Source: Magallana gigas (taxonomy: Eukaryota). From it: a stretch of DNA of 64,000 bases. The notes beneath the pieces were generated by a model. It saw nothing but the letters and a program-made list of their open reading frames with translations, was not told the origin of the DNA and searched no databases. This document shows, piece by piece, positions 38,901-50,900 of this stretch. The DNA is taken from assembly GCF_963853765.1 (NCBI RefSeq), contig NC_088855.1, positions 29,698,001 through 29,762,000 on the forward strand. Direction: 5' to 3'. The position numbers and the translations under genes were made by a program. Every line of letters starts with the position of its first letter. The first letter of the stretch is position 1.

Positions 38901-41900
38901 CAAAATCCTAATACTTGGAGTTCCCGATCCTCCCGTACCTATGTAAGTTCCGCCTAAAATCATTTTTAATAACGTTTTACTCTTTTTTTTTACTTTGCTT
39001 TTTTTTTTATATAGACCGTGGCTCTTTTAGATATTGAATCAAATTTGCTTATAAGCCAAATAAATGTATTTTCTTTTGTTAATACTTAACGTAATGGTAA
39101 CGAGACACTTTAAAACGAAGAGACAGTGTTATTTAATGTCAATATCTTTAATTTGAATTTAAGTAATATGCAACCACAGGTCCCCAATGATAGCAAGTGG
39201 TTTTAGTACATATCAAAGCTTTTCCTTCTTAGTTAAAATACCTGAAGTTCCAGTACCTGTTCCTGTTCCTACAAAAATTAGTTTTTATCGTTGAATTGCT
39301 ATTTTTTATTTGCGCATTTGATTTATTCATTTAGCGTTTTTATCAATTTTATACACATCTTAAAATTATCATAAAACAGTATGGTGCTTATCCAACATCT
39401 AAAGATTCTTATCTTATTGCAATAGGACTTAACCTTTTTTTTATAAAATGTTTAAAGCTACATTCACTAATGGGTAAAAAAAAAGCGGATCTAAAAATTT
39501 TCAAAATCCTAATACCTGGAATTCCCGATCCTCCCGTACCTATGTAAGTTCCGCCTGAAATTATTTTTGGCCGTCAATGTTTTCATGTACAGAGACGGAA
39601 ATACAAACAAGGTTTTACTTTGAATTTTGACTCTCATAATATCATTACTAAAATGATTTCAAACACCTAAAGCATTCAAGACGTTTCCAAGCATTTCAGC
39701 CTTCAGAATTTACTAAGCAGGCAATGGTGTTTTATTTTAAACTAGAATGCTCTTTGGAAACAAAATTTGCAAGACTATAGCAAAAGTATCTAAGAAAATG
39801 TACGTATATTTAGAGATACACAATAGTGTACATATTTGTAGAATGACAGAAATCAAGTAAGCAAATGCTTTTCTGTATAATGTATTTATATTCCTTTCAG
39901 TCTTTTATCAATTTATACATTACACGTCACAAAGCATTTCGTTATTTGCTTGGGGTTTCTTTTAAATAATTGATTTCAGATGAGCAGATACGCAGGAGCA
40001 GTAAAAATTGGGAAGTGTTAATGACTGGAGACTGTGATAGTGCTAGAACTGTAAAAATATTATTTAATTTTAATTCAAACACAGATTTCATTCTTGTCAA
40101 CTTTTTGAGTAACTACAGATAATGAGTTTCAAAAATTGCGATAGGATAAAATCATGGTATGCCGTTACAAAAGCCATCAAAAATGTGTTCCCAGCTTGAA
40201 ACCCCGAAAGCGGCCATTCATTAGTATCAAACATATTATATATCTTTAAAATTCTTAATACAATCAAAATTCAGTAAAAGAATCGGTTTTAGGTAAAGTT
40301 TCTTATTGTGGTTTATACACTGCTTATTGAATTATTACACTTAAGCAGTTCATAATTACCTGGTCCAAGTAAGGGGACTGAAATTCACAGTGCATTGTTC
40401 AATGTATGCAATATGTTTACCATTTGGCGAGCATTTGGGGGCTGTGTAACATCTCATGTAAATTATCTCGCTTCATGATTTTTCAAAATCCTATTACCTG
40501 AAATTCCCGATCCTCCCGTACCTATGTAAGTTCCGTCTGAAATTATTTTTGGCCTTCAATGTTTTTATGTACAGAGACGCAAATACAAGCAAGGTTTTAC
40601 TTTGCTTTTTGAATTTCATAATATCGTTACTAAAATTATTTCAAACACCTAAAGCATTCAAGACGTTTCCAAGCATTTCAGCCTCATTGCATTTACTAAG
40701 CAGGCAATGGTGTTTTTATTTCAAATCAGAATGCTCTTTGGAAACAAAATTTGCAAGACTATAGCAGGAGTATCTAAGGAAAACTACATATATGTAGAGA
40801 TACACAATACAGTGTACATATTTATAGAATGACAAAACTTTATACAGAAATGCTTTTCTGTATAGTGTATTTATATTTTTTTTCAGCATTTTATCAATTT
40901 ATACATTACACGTCACAGAGCATTTTGTTATTTGCTTGGGTTTTCCTTTAAATAATTGATTTTAGATGAGCAGATACGCAGGAGCAGTAAAAATTGGGAA
41001 GTGTTAATGACTGGAGACTGTGATAGTGCTAGAACTATAAAAATATTATTTAATTTTAAATCAAACACAGATTTTATTCTTGTCAATTTTTTGAGTACCT
41101 ACAGTTTTAAAAATTGCGATAGGATAAAATCATGGTATGCCGTTACAAAAGCCATCAAAAATGTGTTCCCAGCTTGAAACCCCGAAAGCGGCCATTCATT
41201 AGTATCAAACATATTATATATCTTTAAAATTCTTAATACAATCAAAATTCAGTAAAAGAATCGGTTTTAGGTAAAGTTTCGTATTGTGGTTTATACACTG
41301 CTTATTGAATTATTACACTTAAGCAGTTCATAATTACCTGGTCCAAGTACGGGGACTGAAATTCACAGTGCATTGTTCAATGTATGCAACATGTTTTACA
41401 TTTGGCGAGCATTTGGAAGCTGCGTAACACCTCATGTAAATTATCTCGCTTCAAATGATTTCCCAGAATCGTATGGTTAAGTGGTACAAATTTATTTAAT
41501 CGTTGATCTTTAATGCCATGACAACACCAAAACCAACAACCAATTTTCTACATCTACATTTTTCTCTTGTACATTTATTTGAAGTACTCACCCATTCCTG
41601 TTCCACCTAAAATCAAAAGACCAAACCGTGTGAATAAAAACAGAAGATGCTGGCAAGTAGAAGGGTCAACTACGAAGTTGTATTTTTGACAACAGACATG
41701 ATGAAAATGAATAGCGGTGACGAACATAGAAAGCACAACATGTTTGTCTCGCTAAATGATACCAGTACCTGAGCACATATTGCAGTGTTTTGGACAGTTT
41801 TCCTGCGTAAAAGCAGTGTATGAGGGATCGCTGCAAAAGCTTGTTCCATATTGAGCGCAATTTACTTTATCAGTGCAAGACGAAGTAGACCCTGGGCCAA

Positions 41901-44900
41901 GCAAAGAAATGATCAAAACAGTTTGGTTACATACAGATAAGCAGTGAGTAAACATGTATATTGATGAGCAACGTGGCAGTTTGGAAGATGAAAAGTTATA
42001 CAGATTAATGCGTAGGTGCATGTGCATACAAATGAACAGACATAGAGATACAACAAAATCTAACAAATCAAACTTTTTCCTTTCATTGAATAAGGATTGT
42101 CTCATGCTTTGCAATTGATGATTCTGACGAAAAAAAACATGAATACATTTTTATTGCAAAACTTAAACATACGACCCATACCTGTTGAACACAAATTGCA
42201 ATATTTTGGACATTGCTCCTTTGCAAAAGCAGCATAAGCAGAGTTTGTACAAATTGCCGTTCCAAATGAAGCACAATTAGATTTGTCCGTGCAGGAGCCT
42301 GTTAAGAATGTAATGCAAGCAAAGCTAACAAAACGATAACATTAGGCAATGGTTCTCCTGTAAACAGAAAAAGCAAGCATTCCTTTTCTTTGTTAAATTG
42401 AGATTTGCAGGGTGCCATTTGTGAAAATTGAGCCTTTTGTGTTTAACAGAATCAATCTTTTAAAATAAAAATACACACAATTTATTTATTGAATTGATCA
42501 ACTAATTAACAAATTGTAGCAAAGCAACCCATTGAAATTATCAAAACATTTAAAAACAAGTTTTCAAATTTAAGCAATACTCCATCCAAGCAACATTGAA
42601 TAATACTAGTAGACTCTTAAAGTACTAACCATTTTATTTTATTTTATTTTATTTTAAATGTGGAAAAAGCAACGTCATAGATATACGATTAAAAAAATAA
42701 TAATGAGGCGTTTCACATTAATTATTGCTGCAGTCTTTGCTTATCTGAAAACATATTTTTTTCTTTAATCTTTTTCCAAATCAGAATTGAAATAAAGTCA
42801 AAATCAGATCACTGCAGCAAAATATATTTTTTTTTTAGATTTCAAATATTCATTCTTCATATGAATTTTGAAATCTTTATACTTGCTGAAAATTTGAACC
42901 GAAAATATTAAACCCACCGGTCATTGTTCCAGTTCCACCTATGAAATGTTTAAGTGTATATATTTAGATATTTGTTGTTTGTTTCACAAATTGAATTATT
43001 ACGTGTACTGTTGAATTATTTTGAGTTCTCATGTTGCGCTATTACATAAAAAAGTTGAATATTTACCAGTCATAGTTCCAGTTCCACCTGTGAAATGTTT
43101 AAAAAAGTATAAAAATATTTGTCTTTAACTTCTAAAAGAAAATAAATCAATTGTTCTGTTTACAGTTATAATAGTAGCTAATTATTATATAAATTCTTTT
43201 ATAACGATTTAAAAAAAAAAAGCTCAAAACGTACCAGTCAGTGTTCCAGTTCCTTTGGAGATAAAAGAATAGAAATTTTTTTTTAACCGTATTAGATATT
43301 AGTAAATTTAAAAAGATCATTTACAGTCGATAGAACTTAAAAATTTGAAAACTCACCAGTCATGGTTCCAGTTCCTCCTATGGAGATAAAAACAATTGAA
43401 GTTATTCATTGTTTGTGAGTTGAAAAAATATTGCTATGTTTTCAGTTGCAATTTACACTATTTTTATATGTTCAAATGCCATAATGTCTCATAAAAAGGA
43501 AGAAACTCACCAGGCATGATTCCACCTTTAAGATTTGGAAAAAAAAACTATGTCGTTATTTGTTGTTTGTTAATTAATTAATTTGAAAAGTCGCATAATT
43601 GAACTTTAAAATAACTGTAAAAAAAATAATGATAATTGAAAATCTTTTTACCTGTGGATCCACCTAGAAATACAACAAAACGTCGTGCCTTAGTTTGATG
43701 TAACAGAACCTCTAAAATCATACTGCAAAGACTTTGCGACTGTGTATAAATTTAATGACGTAATAAGGATGATATTGTATTCAAATCTGTTTCAGCATTA
43801 TATAATGTACTTTTCGGCATGCATACAAATTTCTCTAAACCAAATGTACTCACATTTGTTACAATAGTTAGCACAATTTTTGGTGACCCATTGGTCATAT
43901 TGAGGATCAGAACAGACTGTTTTGCCGTAGGCTGCGCAGTTTTGGACGGCATCGCTACAGGTTACCACTGAAATTCAGAATAGTTTACAAAATAAAAACG
44001 TTAACATTCATTAGAAAAACATTGACTTAAAATCCAGAGCGTGTTCGTCTAAGCAACATGTTTTATGGAATATATGAACTGTAATTAAAATAAATGTTTT
44101 CCTTACTTGTTCCGGTTCCAGCGCTTCCAGGGGTTCCGCCAGTACCTAAAGAAATAGTAATTTTAATTGATTAAACCCTTTAAAGATACGTACTGTAGAT
44201 TGGCAAATAATCACGATGATTTTAATTTCGCTATGTTTGTCATTTAATAATTTCCCGCGAAATTAAACCGTTTCAACGCTTATATTCTGATAAATTGATT
44301 TTCAAGCAGCGTGAAAAAAGCCCCATCGCGATTGGTACTTAATTAGAAATCGTGAAATTTTAACACCGTGGAATTAAAACGACTTACAGTATTTGGTCTC
44401 TATAATTTTAAGAGCTCTGTCAATTGTAGAATTTGATGGGTATCAACGTCAGACAGGATTTTCTTTTAGCAACTTAATAACTTTTTTTAAGTTTTGTAAA
44501 GCCTTTAACTGACAAAGTCGCTACTTATAAAATATAATGATAGTAAAGTTATTTTAATAGAACATCGCAATTTTCAGTAATTGAGGGTAAAAGGGTGAAA
44601 TATTTCTTTTTCTTTTTCAAACAGAAGTAATTGCAAAATTCTCTTCGCCAAGCTCTAAGTCTAAGCTTTATTTACTCTTTTATTTTGCGTTTGAGATGTC
44701 ATATAATACACCTTTACTTCTATAAATAATGTATTTTAAAATGAAATAATGTAAAACATGAAATAATGATCAAAACTCATCATTACATTAAATGAAAATT
44801 CTGTATAGACATTTTAATGATCAGATACCAAAGTGAAGTGAGAATCCACCGTCACCGCCTCCACCGCTTCCGAGATGAGTCGAACCTGAAATATTTTGAA

Positions 44901-47900
44901 AATTATTTGTCTTGGTTATGATTGATGTTTGTGCAAGCAAAAGAACTATCAAGTTTTTTTGGTTTTGTTTTGTAAGTTTTTTTTTGGTGAGGTTAATGAT
45001 ATGGCATCTTTATTTCGAAGACATCATATCCATCTAAAACCTAAAATATTGATCCCATCAATTGACATGATCATTTTCGTACAGTAAATGCAGAGCCATC
45101 TTCTGAACAATCAACTCAATGACAAGCAATTTAAGTAAGCAAATAGTTGCCTGCTAAACATAAGAGTTACTTATTCATAAATCTTTGCGTTTGAGCAGAA
45201 TTTACTTTTTTTCGATTTTAGCTGAATATTTTCAAAGAAATTAATTTTCATTTGCTATTCAACGTAAATTTAAAAAAAGTTTTAGTAAGTTCCAATCATA
45301 ATAAATCTTTTTCTGCTTTAGAAATGCTTGTTACTTTATGGTATGAAAATTCCTACTTCTGGGCAGAAAATATTACTTTGGAAGTATTTTTTACAGTCGT
45401 ATGATGCATTTAAACTATTTGGTTCAAGAAGGTCAATCATAGATCAATATTAAAGCAAGGCTAATAGCAGCACTCCTTAATTTTCAAAGCGATAGCTCGG
45501 AGACCCATTAACCACAGCGCTAGACGATCCTGATTAGTGTTTGTGAAGTTTTATTTATTTGGTTTACTAAAAATATGGGTGTTTTTTTTTTAATTTTGAA
45601 ATTAAATTATTAAAAAAAATAATAAAAAATTACTGAAATGAACAATAAAAATATCATTGCTATGTCTCTTTTTTTAATCATTATATAATTCTTTATCTTG
45701 ATAAATGTTTTTAGGGATATTTTTCAATAATTATATTATTGAAATGAAAAACATATTTTCTTTTATTATCCAAATATATATATATATTGAGTTTTTGTAT
45801 GGATGTGGAGGTTTAAGTCCCTATTTTCATATCTAATGTGCTGAATTATTTTTTTTAATTATCATGTCCGGCTCTCAACATCGCTAAGTACATCTTAAAT
45901 GACCAGTATTTACTACCATCCGTAAAGACGCCCAATTAACGATACTGATTATTAATTAACATTGAATAGATCAAAAGACGTTATTTATTTAAAGAATTGC
46001 TTTTCTTCATGTTTCTTATTCTGACTATTCCAATAAATACATATTCTGTCGTAAAAAAAAAAGTTAATGTGAAAGCATATATATTTCTAGGTTTGGTGTT
46101 TTGTACCCTAGTTTTTTCTCTATTTTCATTAAGATAATTTGATTTGAACGCTAACCTTTTACCTGAAAATTTTAATTTAATTTTAATATAAAAAAGCGAA
46201 AAAGGGATATTATTGGTATTGGCAAAGTTCATAGATGTGTTAATGCAAATGCCCTGAAGGAAAACTCACCACCCCCCGAAACAATACCGCCAGATCCTGA
46301 AGATGAAGTGTTAAGAAATTTATACATTGTTTTTAAGTTGAAAAACGTGTGTTTACACTTTTTACTGTTTTTTATCCTTTATATTCCTTTTGTATTCCTT
46401 TTGTAAACAATTTCTACAACAACAGTTTTTTTATTATGGCAATTAAAAAAGCGAAAAAGGGATATTCTTGGTATTGGCAAAGTTTATAGATGGGTTAATG
46501 CAAATGCTCCGAAGGAAAACTCACCACCCCCCGAAACAACACCGCCAGATCCTGAAGATGAAGTGTTAAGAATTTTATGCATTGTTTTTAAGTTGATAAG
46601 TGTGTTTAATCTTTTTTCTGTTTTTTATCCTTTATATTCCATTTGTATTCCTTTTGTAAACAATTTCTACAACAACAGTTTTTTTATTATGGCAATTAAA
46701 AAAGCGAAAAAGGGATATTCTTGGTATTGGCAAAGTTTATAGATGGGTTAATGCAAATGCTCTGAATGAAAACTCACCACCCCCCGAAACAACACCGCCA
46801 GATCCTGAAGATGAAGTGTTAAGAATATTATGCATTGTTTTTAAGTTGATAAGTGTGTTTACACTTTTTACTGTTTTTTATCCTTTAAATTCCTTTTGTA
46901 TTCCTTTTGGAAACAGTTTCTACAACGACAGTTTTTGTTATTATGGCAATTAAATATAATAGGTATCATGGGTATAAAAACATAAGGATGTATTAAATAT
47001 GAACAGATTTAATCAAGCATTTGCAATTCTTAATTATTAAAGCGATTGCTTTAGATAAACTATTAACCGCCGCCAGTCATTCCTGTCAATATTTGTAAAG
47101 ATTAATTGATTTCTGTTCTTAATTTCATCCCATCATTAATTCTTTCGAACACTCGATATTCTAGAAATAATTTTAAGATAAAGTGTTTCCAAATGCTTCT
47201 ACTATAAAATGGTTTTTTTATGAAAAATATCTTGATCAATGTTTTTATACAAATTCAGGTACAAATATTAAGAAACATGGAATTCTATTCCTTGTAATCA
47301 AATTTCGTGTTAGTTATTCATTAGAACTAGTACGATTTGTATGAATGCAAAATTGCTAAAAAACATGTAAAACAGATGTTCAAATTAGGCTCTATTACTT
47401 TAAAGGATATAAGCTTCGCTTTATATCATTTGTAAAAGCTAAAGCTTGAAAAATTTAACACTTACCGCCTCCTGAGATCACACCGCCAGATGACCCTAGT
47501 TATTGTTTTATATAGAGTTTAATACATGTTCTTAGGATAAATACGAATTTGTTTTTATTTTTTCTCTATGATTAATCATTTATCAATATTGACATAAAAA
47601 GTACTTTGTTACATTTTAACTTCATTATCGTGATATTTTTAGTTATTTTAAATTCTTAAATACCTTGAATTTATTCTTTTAATTTATCTTTATGTGCATG
47701 CATATTACTTATCAATAAATAGTTTTGACATCTATTATTTTTTAATCACCTTTTAATACCTTTTGGAAAGCTATGTAATTGTAAAGAAAGTAATGGTAAT
47801 TTATATCGATTCCTTCTGAAGTATATTTTACACATATTTACATGTCAGTAATTTTGTTTTCCGTAAAACATTATGTGCATGAAATTATGTATTAAAGTTC

Positions 47901-50900
47901 ATCCCATAAATGTAAATTATATTTTGAAAAAGCAATGCTTCATGGTGATTTTCGAAGCAAATCATTTTACCCATTACTAACTTTGCTCAATACGTTCATA
48001 TTAAATGATTTAAAACTTGCGTTTTTGTATAAGCTATATTTCAGTTGTGAATGCTTAGCCAAGTAATACTTCCCTTTACACATTACAGATAGTATTTCGA
48101 TGCATTCTAACCAGTCCAACCCTTTCCTTCGTATCGTTTTTCAAATTATTATTCCTAAGATGACAAAGCCTACCTCCACATTGGTTACAGTACTGTGCAC
48201 AATTTTGTTTGACCCACTGTGTATACTGGGGGTCGGTACAGACAGCCTGGCCGTAGTTTGCGCAGTTATTGATGGTGTCATGGCAAGTTCCTCCTGTGAA
48301 TAAACAATGATAAATTTGAAAATTTATTTCCTTATTTTATATCGCCTCGATGATTAAAGAAAAATACTTTATTCAACGGTAATTTGTCTTGGCATTTAGA
48401 GAAATTTTACAAAACAGGTTCTTGATTTCTCTTACCGCTCATAAAAGACCCCGAGTGTCCAGAACCACTACCCATTGTCAAAACAGGTGCTGTAAAGGAA
48501 TATAAGATTTTGATATATCGATTATATTAAAGCTATTGATTCCTAAAGCCGACAAAACACATTTTTTCTCATCTAAATAGTAATATAATTATTTATTGTA
48601 TACATTGCAAAGCCTTTAATAACCTTACCAGACATCGGTCTACAAAGTATTTTGCTCAAAAGAAACATATTTCACTTTTAAGCATCGCTGGTTATATAAA
48701 ACCAAGCACAAGCTATTTTTTAAATAAACAATACTTACTAACTCCCCCTGACACCATACCACCAGATCCTAAATATTGATAAGTAAAACTTAAAGTGCCC
48801 CATTACTGTTCTATTGCAAAATGTTCTGCACTCTAAACAATGTCGTACTTAGCTTGATTTTGACTTTACAACATACTTTCCAAAGTTCGTTTTTTTTTTC
48901 AAAGTATCGTCAATGTATTGTAAAGTTTAAGTGTCAATTAATCTCAAATGAAGAATTGGCTTGCATTGTTTACAACGATACAAGCACATGCATTCATGAT
49001 TTTTTTCAAATGCTTTTGTAACCGTTTTTGTAAAGCCACTGTAAATAACGTATAAGGACGTCAATAGATTTCACAACAAGACACCATCATCCACGCCGTA
49101 TTTGCTACAATGTATCGGAAACAGAGGGAGAAAAATGTTGTCTATATTTGGTGAAAACTTGTATGAAAAAGATATTTTTAGTAAGGTATAACAGCCCCCT
49201 TTAAAAAGAAGAAAGATGATAATAAGCATCTAAATAAAATAATAAAAATGAATATCAATATTTCACTGTCATTTCTAGATCTTTGGCGCTCTGGAAGAAT
49301 TTCGTGATTTAGTACTCTATAAAAATTGGCCACGGTGCTCTATTCTACGTTTTTTTTCATAAAGTAATTAATTACTCTTTTTGTAATCGATGGGGTATGC
49401 TTGTCTCCCCCCCCCCCCCGCAAAACTCAGGTAAGGACAAACATTACACACCCTCACTACTCAGGTTAACCACAAGGCATCTACCTACAGGAACACTATC
49501 CCATTCAATTATCAAAGTAAATATGTCTATTTTTTCATAAACTTACATGTATTAGTATCTGATTATTAATTGGATTTGCATGCTATTTTTTCAATTAATT
49601 GCATCATGTTTTAATTATACAAGTTCAAGAATTTTTCCTTTTGTGCATGATAAACTAATACCTGAGGCTGAAAGTCTTGTGTACGAGTCACTCAATGTTT
49701 TAAAAAAGTGTATTAATATACTTATAATATTTAGATACATTTCTGTATTAGTTTCAACAAGGATATACGTTAAGCTGGCGTGTATTATTATTCGCAAGTC
49801 CAGTCCTTTTATTCCTTGCACTAGAGTCAAAATGCATTGCATAAATAAATGGTAATGTTCCCTAATTTTTTAATTTTAAAAACATGTAAAACAGATGTTC
49901 AAATTAGGCTCTATTACTTTAAAGGCTATAAGCTTCGCTTTATATCATTTGTAAAAGCTAATGCTTGAAAATTAACACTTACCGCCTCCTGAGATCATAC
50001 CGCCAGATGACCCTAGTTATTGTTTTATATAGAGTTTAATACATGTTCTTAGGATAAATACGAATTTGTTTTTCTTTTTTTTTTCTTTGATTAATCATTT
50101 ATCAATATTGAAATAAAAAGTACTTTATTACATTTTATCTTCATTATCGTTATAATGAAGATAAAATGGCATTGCGTAAATAAACGGTAATGTTCCCTTA
50201 TTTTTTAATACAGTTAGAAAAAGTCTATGATATATCTGTTTCAAAATATTGTGTAAATTTTGAAGCATGTAATTTATTCATAAATACAAACCATAAAAAG
50301 ACGTAAATTTATGACGCAGCAAAAATGTATTTCAAGTTTTGAATTACTTAAGTCATCGCGATGCTAACATATTTTTGTGAATATTCAAATGACACGCCAC
50401 GGCCATTGTTAAAGAATGATGTCAGAATGAATGATCTGTATTACGTCACCTGCTACAAAAAGGTATATACAGCTGTATTGCGATAGTGATTAGATACTGA
50501 GCCAGAAACAGAAATTCAAGATTATTGTTCCTGCGAAAAAAATTACATATAAGCATAGAGTGTTTTAGCCTTCCCACAGATATATTAAATTCAGAGAGGA
50601 AAATTATACCGATTTTGTAAATCAAATCGTGGTCACACTATGATATATATATTTCTTGGTGAAGTCGATATACCCACGACTCGACCGAACACAACAACTT
50701 TATTTATTTTACACACCGACTCCTATGTAGTTTTTAACTTTTCAATAAGTAACCCTGTTTCTTGATGCTACATGTTTTTTATTGTTATTTCGTTAAACTC
50801 ATTTTTATTAATGATTCGTCAGATTTCTTATTGTGTCAAACTGAGCAGGGAAATGTACATAATTTAATGTAATGACTTATTTGAAATATAAATCTAACCA

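Noticed and set aside
42299-42357. Upstream alternative acceptor for the ShKT3 exon
   Set aside because: Its use introduces an in-frame TAA; the acceptor at 42298 fits.
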